Shown here in pieces: positions 20,016 to 29,052 of a DNA stretch of 57,725 nt (position 1 is the stretch's first letter; the number at the start of each line of letters is the position of its first letter). The notes under the pieces were generated by a model, which made no database searches, was not told where the DNA came from, and was given only the letters and a program-made list of their open reading frames with translations. A program made the translations under genes and the position numbers. The DNA comes from an uncultured Prevotella sp. (GTDB lineage Bacteria; Bacteroidota; Bacteroidia; Bacteroidales; Bacteroidaceae). The stretch is taken from NCBI GenBank assembly GCA_963547065.1, contig CAUUQE010000001.1:1-57725 (forward strand), in the 5' to 3' direction.

Positions 20016-21200
20016 CTATACCTTATTTAATATGTCCAGACATAGCCCGTGTGCCTTGATCATCATGCGCGGAATATGGAAGGGGCCTTTGAACAGGTTG
20101 CCTTTGGCGGGCTGCGCCACGGTGCCGTCGCGATGCAGATAGCCGTACCATTCGCCGAATTCTGCATCGGGGAAGTGGGCGTATGTCCACTCGCTGATGC
20201 GCTGATGGCGATAGAGATACTCCTCGTCGCCGGTGCCGAGATAGGCATAAAGCGATGCTATGATGGCCTCGCACTGTGGCCACCAGAACTTCATGTCTTG
20301 CGAATAGTCTTGCGGAGGCAGGTTCTTGCAGTCGCGGAAGTTGATTATTCCGCCGTATAGCTTGTCCCATCCCCAGTCCCACGACCAGTTGAAAATGGTC
20401 AATGCAGTATCCATCAGGCTCTTATCCCAGCCGCGCAGCCTTGCTTCTTCCATAATAAACCACGCCGTTTCGAGGCAATGGCCCGGGTTGATCGTACGCG
20501 CCATGTTGGTATTGATGAATTCTCCGTCGGGCCCGACAGTCTCTAAGAGCGCCTTGAATTCGGGGTGCATGAAATATCTTCGTAGTTTGTCAATAGACTC
20601 GTCGATCTGTGCGGTCAGCTTGGGATCGTCAATAACGGCACGTATGCGCGAGCCCACATTGATGAGGATCATAACGATGGAGTGGCTCTGCAGTTTCACT
20701 TCGGGTTCGAACTTGGGCGTAAGGAAGCCCGGAGTGGTGAGAAAACGCTGCGTATCGCTGAAAATCTTCATGGCTTTGTCGGCATAATTTTTGTCGCCTG
20801 TGGCCAACGCATATTCGGACATGGCTATAGCAGCGAATGTTTCAGAGAACACATAGCGACGCTTGCGTAGAGGTTTGCCATCGGCAGTGACAGAGAAATA
20901 CATGTGTCCGTCGTCGTCAAAGCAGTGTTTCTCTATGAAGTCGAGCGTGCTTTTGGCGGCGTGTAGCCATTCTTCGTTCTTCTCTATGTTGTTGTAGGCA
21001 AAAGCACAGATAAAGGCAAAACGTCCTTGGAACCATACTGACTTGGTGGTGTCCATCAGCGAACCGTCGCGATCAAGACAAGTATATATTCCTCCATGCT
21101 GACGATCCAGCCCATGTTTCAGCCAAAACGGCATAATGTTTTGCGTGAGATCGCGCTTGTATGAGTTTGCCCAAAACTCAAGATATTCAGTCTTATTCAT
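20016..21200 (-). CDS. N-acylglucosamine 2-epimerase (AGE family)
   Basis: Motifs PFWLKHG, KSVWFQGR, INPGHCLE, KFWWPQCE, GEWYGYLHRDG and FKGPFHIPR. Confidence 0.92.
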   Translation of the reverse strand: MNKTEYLEFWANSYKRDLTQNIMPFWLKHGLDRQHGGIYTCLDRDGSLMDTTKSVWFQGRFAFICAFAYNNIEKNEEWLHAAKSTLDFIEKHCFDDDGHMYFSVTADGKPLRKRRYVFSETFAAIAMSEYALATGDKNYADKAMKIFSDTQRFLTTPGFLTPKFEPEVKLQSHSIVMILINVGSRIRAVIDDPKLTAQIDESIDKLRRYFMHPEFKALLETVGPDGEFINTNMARTINPGHCLETAWFIMEEARLRGWDKSLMDTALTIFNWSWDWGWDKLYGGIINFRDCKNLPPQDYSQDMKFWWPQCEAIIASLYAYLGTGDEEYLYRHQRISEWTYAHFPDAEFGEWYGYLHRDGTVAQPAKGNLFKGPFHIPRMMIKAHGLCLDILNKV

Positions 21201-21231
21201 ACGCTGTGTGTTTTAAAGTTATCATTGTGTT

Positions 21232-21348
21232 TTATTGATTCAAATACTTCTCGATACCTGTTTTGAGTGCATTCCGGTAATCATACTTGCGCACATGTAC
21301 CATATCGAAAACGAAATGGCCGTCGGATGCGTTGATGCAGGCATAGAT
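21232..21348 (-). pseudogene. C-terminal relic of a deleted gene (GHL10/DUF4985-like glycosidase C-terminus)
   Basis: IYACINASDGHFVFDMVHVRKYDYRNALKTGIEKYLNQ* has coding-like composition and ends about 30 bp before AGE, but is joined directly to AT-rich promoter DNA. The family match is from memory. Confidence 0.5.
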
Positions 21349-21384
21349 ATTGGTGAGCAATGAAATAAAAGCATAGGTTCTATT

Positions 21385-21500
21385 TTTAGCTAAAGCATAA
21401 TATTGATGGAGTATTTTGTGCAAATATAGGCTTAATTACACTAACTTCCAAAATATTTTCGACAAATCTTTGGTCGATACTTAATATTTTTGTAAATTGC
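21385..21500. promoter_or_regulatory. Divergent promoter region for the AGE arm and the DUF4434-ROK arm, with candidate operators
   Basis: Minus-strand TATATTTG (-7 element) at 21421-21428; palindrome TTTAGCTAAA at 21385-21394; inverted repeat TCGAC-N9-GTCGA at 21459-21477. Confidence 0.5.
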
Positions 21501-21547
21501 ACCCGAGTTTAATTCAAATATTAAATAACTAAACCTTAATTAATAAA

Positions 21548-22642
21548 ATGGTAAGCAGAAGGAAATTTATTAAGAAAACAATGCTTGCAGGCCTATCGGC
21601 CGTGGTGGCTCCACAGTTGCTAAACGCCAAAGAGAGGCTGTTGCCGCAGAGGCAACCGGTACTGCCTAAAGAAACCAGTGGCGTCTCTCGCTATCTTGTA
21701 AAGAAGAATAATGGCTTGCGAATAACAGGAACTTTCTTAGACGAAATATCGCACGACATCCCTCATCAGAACTGGGGAGAGAAGGAATGGGAGCAGGATT
21801 TCCGTTACATGAAGGCCATCGGCATTGACACGGTGATCGTTATTCGTTCGGGATATCGCAAGTTCATTACCTATCCTTCACCTTATTTATTAAAGAAAGG
21901 ATGCTATATGCCTTCGGTAGACCTGATCGACATGTTTCTCAGGTTGGCAGACAAATACGGAATGAAGTTCTATTTCGGCCTTTACGATTCGGGGCATTAC
22001 TGGGACACGGGCGATATGTCGCAGGAATTGGAAGATAACAAATATGTCATTGAAGAGGCATGGAAGCTTTATGGAAAGCACAAAAGTTTCAAAGGGTGGT
22101 ATATAAGTACGGAGATAAGCCGGCAGACAAAAGGTGCCATCAATACGTTTCACACGATGGGCAAGCAATGTAAAGACGTGTCGGGAGGACTGCCTGTCTT
22201 CATTTCTCCGTGGATAGACGGTAAAAAGGCCGTAATGGGTACGGGCAAAATGACGAACGATCAAGCAGTCTCCGTGCAGCAACACGAAAAGGAATGGAAT
22301 GAAATTTTCGACGGTATACACGATGTGGTAGACGCTTGTGCATTCCAAGATGGACACATAGACTACGATGAATTGGATGCTTTCTTTACCGTAAACAAGA
22401 AGTTGGCAGATAAATACGGCATGCAATGTTGGACAAACGCCGAGACTTTCGACCGCGACATGCCGATACATTTTCTGCCGATAAAGTTTGATAAGCTGCG
22501 TCTGAAGCTGGAAGCAGCGCACAAATGCGGCTACGATAAGGGCATCACGTTTGAATTCTCTCACTTTATGAGCCCGCAATCGGCCTATATCCAAGCCCAT
22601 CATCTTTACGACAGATACAAGGAATACTTTAATATAAAGTAA
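21548..22642 (+). CDS. DUF4434-family putative glycoside hydrolase with Tat-type signal
   Basis: Twin-arginine leader SRRKFIK; motifs ITGTFLDEISHDIPHQNWG, GWYISTE, AFQDG, WTNAETFDRD and ITFEFSHF. Confidence 0.8.
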   Translation: MVSRRKFIKKTMLAGLSAVVAPQLLNAKERLLPQRQPVLPKETSGVSRYLVKKNNGLRITGTFLDEISHDIPHQNWGEKEWEQDFRYMKAIGIDTVIVIRSGYRKFITYPSPYLLKKGCYMPSVDLIDMFLRLADKYGMKFYFGLYDSGHYWDTGDMSQELEDNKYVIEEAWKLYGKHKSFKGWYISTEISRQTKGAINTFHTMGKQCKDVSGGLPVFISPWIDGKKAVMGTGKMTNDQAVSVQQHEKEWNEIFDGIHDVVDACAFQDGHIDYDELDAFFTVNKKLADKYGMQCWTNAETFDRDMPIHFLPIKFDKLRLKLEAAHKCGYDKGITFEFSHFMSPQSAYIQAHHLYDRYKEYFNIK

Positions 22643-22687
22643 GCTTGAATGCAGGTATAGCAACAATATATACATCGCGTAGCCGTT

Positions 22688-22761
22688 TTAGATATATCGT
22701 CAACCGGTCTTATATAACATATCTAAGTGCTTTAGGCAAACTATCTATTCCGCTTAAACAA
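22688..22761. repeat. Degenerate 22 bp-period array
   Basis: TTAGATAT at 22688, TTATATAA at 22710, TTAGGCAA at 22732 and TTAAACAA at 22754; TATCTA at 22720 and 22742. Confidence 0.45.
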
Positions 22762-22890
22762 GTTATGTAATAATGCCATGAGCAGCAACTTGTTATAGCA
22801 GCCTAAAAGCCTATGTAAGCAGGTCGACTGAAATGTTCGACCAAAAAATATACAAAATCATCGAAATTACCATAAAATAAAACAATAACA

Positions 22891-24294
22891 ATGAATACAT
22901 CCGTAAGATTTGGGTATATAGTTTTTCTGTCGATCGTTGCCGCTGCGGGCGGTCTGTTGTTCGGATACGACACTGCAGTGATATCTGGAACGATAGAACA
23001 AGTAACCTCTCAATTCTCTCTCAACACCCTGCAGCAAGGCTGGTACGTGGGTTGTGCACTGATAGGCTCCATTTTGGGCGTTGCTTCTGCGGGAATTATG
23101 AGCGACAGATTGGGCAGGCGTCCCACAATGTTTATCTCTGCATTCCTTTTCACTCTGTCGGCTGTTGGCTGTGCTGCCAGTCCCAGTTTCTCATGGCTGA
23201 TATTTTATCGTCTCATAGGGGGTGTGGGCATTGGTATCGTATCTATCGTTGCGCCGATGTACATTTCAGAGATTGCCGTCACAACCTATCGGGGCAGGCT
23301 GGTTTCGCTTTATCAATTGGCCATCACCGTGGGCTTTCTCGCAGCCTATTTCGTTAACTATCTCTTGCTCGACCTATCGGAGTCTTCTACATTCTCGGCG
23401 GGATGGATGCAGCTTGTTTTTGCAGATGAGGTTTGGAGAGGCATGCTCGGCATGGAAACCTTGCCCGCTGCAACGTTCTTTTTAATTCTGTTTTTCATTC
23501 CCGAAAGTCCTAGATGGTTCATCGTAAAAGCAAAGGAAAACAAGGCAAAGCATATCTTTTCGAGGATTTACCGGAACAACGACGATGTGGAAAGGCAGAT
23601 CGCAGACACGACGTCTATGCTGTCTTCCGAAGCAAAATCGGAGTGGCGCGAGCTGCTTCGCCCGGGTATATTGAAAGCAGTTATTATCGGTGTGTGCATC
23701 GCCATATTGGGACAGTTCATGGGAGTGAATGCCGTACTCTACTATGGTCCGTCTATTTTCAAGGAAGCAGGCATGAACGATCCGCTGTTCTGTCAGGTTC
23801 TGGTGGGCGTTGTCAATATGCTTACAACAGTTATCGCCATGCTTATTATAGATAAGGTGGGGCGTCATAAGCTGATTTATTACGGTGTGTCGGGCATGAT
23901 CGCGTCTCTTATTCTCATTGCTGTGTACTTCATGTTCTCTTATATGTTTTCGGTTTACTTCATGCTTACCTTCTTTCTTATCTATGTCTTTTGCTGTGCC
24001 ATCTCCATCAGTGCCGTTGTATGGGTTCTACTCTCGGAGATGTATCCTAACAGTGTGCGCGGATTAGCTATGTCGATAGCTGGTTTTTCCCTTTGGATAG
24101 GTACATATCTTATCGGACAACTTACGCCTTGGATGCTCGAGAACCTGTCTCCGGCAGGAACGTTCGTGCTGTTTGCCGTGATGTGCATCCCCTATATGCT
24201 CATTATGTGGAAACTTGTTCCCGAGACAGCAGGCATGTCTTTGGAAGATATCGAGCGTTATTGGACGAAAGAAAAGAACGAAAAACAATCATAA
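22891..24294 (+). CDS. MFS sugar porter (sugar:H+ symporter)
   Basis: Motifs GGLLFGYDTAVISG, DRLGRR, PMYISEIA, RGRLVSLYQLAIT, PESPRW and VPETAG. Confidence 0.95.
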   Translation: MNTSVRFGYIVFLSIVAAAGGLLFGYDTAVISGTIEQVTSQFSLNTLQQGWYVGCALIGSILGVASAGIMSDRLGRRPTMFISAFLFTLSAVGCAASPSFSWLIFYRLIGGVGIGIVSIVAPMYISEIAVTTYRGRLVSLYQLAITVGFLAAYFVNYLLLDLSESSTFSAGWMQLVFADEVWRGMLGMETLPAATFFLILFFIPESPRWFIVKAKENKAKHIFSRIYRNNDDVERQIADTTSMLSSEAKSEWRELLRPGILKAVIIGVCIAILGQFMGVNAVLYYGPSIFKEAGMNDPLFCQVLVGVVNMLTTVIAMLIIDKVGRHKLIYYGVSGMIASLILIAVYFMFSYMFSVYFMLTFFLIYVFCCAISISAVVWVLLSEMYPNSVRGLAMSIAGFSLWIGTYLIGQLTPWMLENLSPAGTFVLFAVMCIPYMLIMWKLVPETAGMSLEDIERYWTKEKNEKQS

Positions 24295-24298
24295 GGAT

Positions 24299-24433
24299 AT
24301 GAAAAGACTGCTTGCTATCGCATTGGTTATGGAGCTTGCCACACAACTGTGTGCAGGAAAACGGGCGCTGATATGGTTCAATGGAGAAGCTAATTTCCTA
24401 AAAAGGAATGTCTCTGGGAAACTTAAATATTAA
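24299..24433 (+). pseudogene. N-terminal relic of a deleted secreted DUF4985-type glycosidase
   Basis: The ATG is 4 bp after the MFS stop. A signal-like MKRLLAIALVMELATQLCA is followed by KRALIWFNGEANF, resembling the xMWFDAEANF start of DUF4985 proteins (recalled), then the gene ends abruptly. Confidence 0.5.
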
Positions 24434-24437
24434 AAAT

Positions 24438-25538
24438 ATGAGACGAATAATAGGGATTATCATGCTCTTGCTGCTGCCGACAGCAGGTGTTTTTGCCAAG
24501 ATTGACTACGAAAACAAGATACTTGGTACAGACAGAAATATCTCCTACACCGGTCGTACGGAAAGAACGACCGACGGAACCGTGAGCTACGATTGGGTTG
24601 GAACTTACTTTCAGACCGACTTCACCGGCGGTTCCATCGCCGTAAACATTTCTGATACGGGCACGAGTTTCCACAATCTATTTATTGATGGGAAGCTGAT
24701 TAAGAAAATCAAAGTTAATGGCAATGAATCTCATAACGTGGTGTTGGCCGACGGACTTGACAGAGGTGTTCACCGACTTTGCCTGCAGAAATGCACCGAA
24801 GGGGAATATGGACGTACGACTATTCACGGTCTCTGCCTTGCAAGAGGTGGCACCTTGAAAGCCGTTGCCCCCAAGGAAAGGATGATAGAAGTTATTGGTG
24901 ACTCTTATACTTGCGGCTTCGGTACGGAAAGTAATAACGCAAATGATAGGTTTCAGCTGGAGACCGAGAATTGTAATAAGGCGTACGGATGTATCATTGC
25001 GCGCTATTTTAATGCCGACTATGTACTGGTAGCTCACTCCGGACAGGGATTGATCAAAGATTGGGGCGACACGGTACAAGTGTCGGTACAAAACATGACG
25101 ACCCGTTACCTGCAGGTGTACGATGATCATAACCGTAAAACTTACGACTTCAAGGAGTATCGTCCGCAGCTTGTTATTATCAATCTCGGCACCAACGACT
25201 TCGCTTCGGGGGCCATACCTACCGCCGAACAGTACGTTAACGCTTATCTGAAACTCATAGACACCGTTAAACTGCACTATGGAGACATTCCTGTCTTTTG
25301 CATAATACCCTATTCGGCAGGGCTCTATCTCACAGCATGTCTTCGCCAATTGAAAGAGAAAACCGCCGCGCATAATCATATCTATGTGGCTTCTCCGATG
25401 CCGGATATCATCACGCAAGACTATGATATGGGTGCTGCATGGCACCCGAATTACCAAGGGCAACGCAAGATTGCCATGACGCTTATTCCGCAAATATCGG
25501 CCATCATGGGGTGGCAACTAAATTCGTACGACCTATGA
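24438..25538 (+). CDS. SGNH/GDSL carbohydrate esterase (CE2-like acetyl esterase), secreted
   Basis: Signal peptide from the ATG at 24438; motifs IGDSYTCG, AHSGQG, INLGTND and WHP; beta-sandwich N-domain. Confidence 0.85.
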   Translation: MRRIIGIIMLLLLPTAGVFAKIDYENKILGTDRNISYTGRTERTTDGTVSYDWVGTYFQTDFTGGSIAVNISDTGTSFHNLFIDGKLIKKIKVNGNESHNVVLADGLDRGVHRLCLQKCTEGEYGRTTIHGLCLARGGTLKAVAPKERMIEVIGDSYTCGFGTESNNANDRFQLETENCNKAYGCIIARYFNADYVLVAHSGQGLIKDWGDTVQVSVQNMTTRYLQVYDDHNRKTYDFKEYRPQLVIINLGTNDFASGAIPTAEQYVNAYLKLIDTVKLHYGDIPVFCIIPYSAGLYLTACLRQLKEKTAAHNHIYVASPMPDIITQDYDMGAAWHPNYQGQRKIAMTLIPQISAIMGWQLNSYDL

Positions 25539-26728
25539 TAAATATGTTTCAAAATGACAAAGACTCGAAGAACAGCATCATTAAGAGCAAAATCATCGAG
25601 TATATCATTCTTAACGGTAACTCCACGAATACAGATCTCTCGAAAGAACTGAATTTAAGTGTGCCGACCGTGTCAAAAATCATCAATGAAATGTGTGAAG
25701 ATAGTTTCGTGATAGAATACGGAAAGTTGGAAACTACAGAAGGTAGAAAGCCCAACCTGTATGGATTGAACCCCGATTCAGGCTATTTCATCGGCGTAGA
25801 TATCAAACAAAATACGGTAAATATCGGTCAGATGAACTTCAGGGGAGACCTTGTAGAACTCTCGATGGACGAGCCTTACCAGTTCCAAAATACGCCCGAA
25901 GCACTCGATGAACTGTGCGTGCACATTCAACATTTCATCGATAACCTGAATATAGCTCGCGAGAAAATACTCGATATAAACATCAATATCTCTGGACGTG
26001 TAAACCCCGACACGGGCTACAGTTACAGTCTGTTTAACTTTTCAGAGGTGCCGCTTACCAAGTTGTTATCCGATAAAATAGGTTGTCAAGTAACGATAGA
26101 CAATGATACGAGAGCTATGACTTTCGGTGAATATATGAAAGGTTGCGTAAAAGGTGAGAAGGATATATTGTTTGTAAATCTTAGTTGGGGGCTCGGATTA
26201 GGTATCGTTATTGATGGAAATCTCTATAAAGGTAAGTCGGGATTTTCAGGAGAGTTCGGTCACATGCCGGCATTCGACAACGAGATTATCTGTCATTGCG
26301 GTAAGAAAGGATGTCTCGAAACCGAAGCATCAGGCAAGGCATTCATACGCATTGTCAGCGAAAGAATTAAAAATGGAGAAACTTCAATATTGCCCGACAG
26401 CGGCAATGAGGAATATTCACTGGAAGAACTTATCGATGCTACCAATCGTGAGGATCCTCTCTGTCTCGATGTCCTTGAAAGTATAGGGCAGAAACTCGGT
26501 AAGGCCATCGCCACATTAATAAATATCTTCAATCCCGACTTGGTTGTTATCGGTGGGACGATGTCGCAAACAGGAAACTTGCTTATGCACTCCATCAATA
26601 CTTCTATCTTGAAGTATTCGTTGAATCTTGTCAATAAAGACACTAAAATTTGTATTTCGAAGCTGAAAGACCGTGCAGGTGTCATCGGTGCCTGCATGCT
26701 GGCTCGCAAGTCGGTGCTTGATGCATAG
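25535..26728 (+). CDS. ROK-family transcriptional repressor
   Basis: ATGA overlap with the esterase stop; N-terminal wHTH (LSVPTVSKII, GRKP); motifs DNDTRA, GEFGH and CHCGKKGCLETEAS. Confidence 0.92.
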   Translation: MINMFQNDKDSKNSIIKSKIIEYIILNGNSTNTDLSKELNLSVPTVSKIINEMCEDSFVIEYGKLETTEGRKPNLYGLNPDSGYFIGVDIKQNTVNIGQMNFRGDLVELSMDEPYQFQNTPEALDELCVHIQHFIDNLNIAREKILDININISGRVNPDTGYSYSLFNFSEVPLTKLLSDKIGCQVTIDNDTRAMTFGEYMKGCVKGEKDILFVNLSWGLGLGIVIDGNLYKGKSGFSGEFGHMPAFDNEIICHCGKKGCLETEASGKAFIRIVSERIKNGETSILPDSGNEEYSLEELIDATNREDPLCLDVLESIGQKLGKAIATLINIFNPDLVVIGGTMSQTGNLLMHSINTSILKYSLNLVNKDTKICISKLKDRAGVIGACMLARKSVLDA

Positions 26729-26850
26729 TCAACATACATCATGAATAGAAATTAATTTATCGTGAAAAAATAGCACAGGACGCAGGTAAAACTATTTATT
26801 TCTCCAAGGTTTTTATCTTTTGTTTTGATGGGTGGTTGCACGTTTTTTAT

Positions 26851-26858
26851 TAATTTTG
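26851..26858 (+). promoter_or_regulatory. Bacteroidota -7 promoter element (TAATTTTG) for dsbD
   Basis: TAnnTTTGC 25 bp before the ATG. Confidence 0.55.
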
Positions 26859-26883
26859 CAGCGATAACAAACACTTATAAGAC

Positions 26884-28926
26884 ATGAGAAAAGCTATAAC
26901 ATTTATTTTATTATTGTTGTCTACGGCGTTTGCTAACGCCCAAATAGTAAATCCGGTTCATGCCTCATCACAGTTGAAAACCGATGGAAGCGCTATCGGA
27001 GAGATTGTTTTCAGTTTGAAAATCGATGCCGGATGGCACGTATATTCTTCTAACCTTGGTTCCGAAGGGCCGATACAAGCGTCTTTCCATGTCGTGAAAA
27101 TGGAAGGTGCAGAGCCGGTGGGCAGTCTTACACACCGTGGAAACGAGATATCGAAGTATGATAATGTGTTCGGTATGCGGCTACGTTACTTTGAAAACAG
27201 CGTACAATTCATTCAAAAAGTAAAATTCATAAAGCCCGATTACAAGATAGATGCCTACCTCGAGTATGGTGCATGTAACGATCAGAGTTGTATGCCACCG
27301 CAGCAAATTTCAATTATTAAATCAGGTAAATCGCCCTCCGTAGACGCTAAAGCAGTCAAAGAGGAACCGAAAAAGGAGGCCATAAAGACGGAGAAATCAC
27401 AAGAAACGACAACTGATAGCACCGTTTCGGCAGTTCTTGTGCCTGCTGTGGTACAGACAGATTCAAGCAAAACCGTTGTTGCAGGCAACCTTTGGAACCC
27501 TGTTATTAAAGAAATGCGCGCTTTTGACGGTACTCCTACCGACAGTAACAGCTCGTTGATTTACATTTTCTTTATGGGATTCTTGGGCGGAATGCTCGCT
27601 CTATTCACGCCGTGTGTGTGGCCTATCATCCCCATGACGGTGAGTTTCTTCCTGAAACGTTCTAAAAATCGTGCCAAAGGACTGCGTGATGCCGTCACTT
27701 ACGGCATATCTATTATCGTGATATTCCTCATGCTCGGTCTTCTTGTCACGTCTATCTACGATCCTCACAAGTTGAACGAGCTGGCCACAAGTGCCGTGTT
27801 CAATATCCTTTTCTTCCTGATGTTGGTTGTTTTCGCCTTATCCTTTTTCGGTTGGTTTGAGCTTCGACTGCCCGCATCATGGGGCAATAAGGTAGATAGC
27901 AAAGCCTCTGCTACCACTGGTTTATTGTCTATTTTCCTCATGGCACTTACGCTTGTGCTCGTTTCTTTCTCGTGCACAGCTCCCATTGTAGGGCTTCTGC
28001 TTGTCGAAGCCGCCACATCTGGTAATCTTATTGGGCCTGCCATCGGCATGTTTGGCTTCGCTTTGGCGCTGGCATTGCCGTTCACTTTGTTCGCTATCTT
28101 TCCCTCTTGGCTCAAACAGGTGCCTAAGTCGGGCTCGTGGATGAACACGATCAAGATTGTTCTCGGGTTCATAGAACTGGCTTTTGCACTAAAGTTTCTG
28201 TCGGTAGCCGACCTTGCTTACGGTTGGCACATCCTTGATCGTGAAGTGTTCTTGTCGCTTTGGATCGTGATATTCGGCCTGCTCGGTCTGTATCTCATCG
28301 GTAAATTAAAGTTTCAGAGCGATATGGTAAGCGGTGAAAACAAGCCCATGTCGGTGGCGTGCATCATGCTCGGTCTCTGTTCTTTGGCTTTCTCGGTCTA
28401 TATGGTGCCCGGTCTATGGGGCGCACCCTGTAAGGCTGTAAGTGCTTTTGCACCCCCCATCAGCACACAGGATTTCAATCTAAGCACCCACGAAGTACGT
28501 GCTACTTACACTAACTATGAAGAAGGAATGGCCGCAGCTGCCCGAGAAGGCAAGCCGGCATTTATAGATTTCACCGGTTTTGGCTGCGTAAACTGCCGAA
28601 AGATGGAGGCTGCAGTGTGGACAGATGCTTCGGTTGCCGACGTGCTAACGAAAGATTATGTGCTCATTTCGCTCTTTGTAGACGACAAGACACCGCTTGC
28701 TGCACCGATAGAAATCATGGAGAACGGTCAGAAACATACGCTTCGTACCATCGGAGATAAGTGGAGTTACCTGCAACGCAGTAAGTTTGGCGCCAACACA
28801 CAGCCGTTCTATGTGCCTGTAGATAACGATGGAAACCCGTTGGCCGGCTCTTTCAGCTACAAAGAAGATGTGTCTGCTTTCCTCGGTTTCCTCAACAAAG
28901 GATTGCGGAATTATAAAAAACGCTGA
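26884..28926 (+). CDS. dsbD: Thiol:disulfide interchange protein DsbD
   Basis: N-domain CNDQSC, TM cysteines in TPCVWP and FSCTAP, and thioredoxin-like GCVNCRKME. Confidence 0.9.
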   Translation: MRKAITFILLLLSTAFANAQIVNPVHASSQLKTDGSAIGEIVFSLKIDAGWHVYSSNLGSEGPIQASFHVVKMEGAEPVGSLTHRGNEISKYDNVFGMRLRYFENSVQFIQKVKFIKPDYKIDAYLEYGACNDQSCMPPQQISIIKSGKSPSVDAKAVKEEPKKEAIKTEKSQETTTDSTVSAVLVPAVVQTDSSKTVVAGNLWNPVIKEMRAFDGTPTDSNSSLIYIFFMGFLGGMLALFTPCVWPIIPMTVSFFLKRSKNRAKGLRDAVTYGISIIVIFLMLGLLVTSIYDPHKLNELATSAVFNILFFLMLVVFALSFFGWFELRLPASWGNKVDSKASATTGLLSIFLMALTLVLVSFSCTAPIVGLLLVEAATSGNLIGPAIGMFGFALALALPFTLFAIFPSWLKQVPKSGSWMNTIKIVLGFIELAFALKFLSVADLAYGWHILDREVFLSLWIVIFGLLGLYLIGKLKFQSDMVSGENKPMSVACIMLGLCSLAFSVYMVPGLWGAPCKAVSAFAPPISTQDFNLSTHEVRATYTNYEEGMAAAAREGKPAFIDFTGFGCVNCRKMEAAVWTDASVADVLTKDYVLISLFVDDKTPLAAPIEIMENGQKHTLRTIGDKWSYLQRSKFGANTQPFYVPVDNDGNPLAGSFSYKEDVSAFLGFLNKGLRNYKKR

Positions 28927-28944
28927 CAGTGCGCATATTTTACG

Positions 28945-28992
28945 GAACAAAACCCCACGGTATCGGGCTTCAAGATACCTGTGGTTTTGTTC
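28945..28992 (+). terminator. Terminator-like hairpin after dsbD
   Basis: GAACAAAACCCCACGGTATC...GATACCTGTGGTTTTGTTC followed by T-rich sequence. Confidence 0.6.
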
Positions 28993-29052
28993 TTTCCAAG
29001 CCTTTCTTTATTATTCATACCCATCTATCGAATTCCATAAAAACAACAAACG

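Noticed and set aside
14047..20870. Long shadow ORFs (e.g. 14253-15026, 16858-17604, 19088-19861)
   Set aside because: They overlap well-supported genes in antisense or alternative frames, are expected in GC-rich DNA, and show no motifs.
20016..26728. Standard sialic acid (nan) cluster
   Set aside because: AGE, ROK and MFS are present, but no sialidase or Neu5Ac lyase is in the window.
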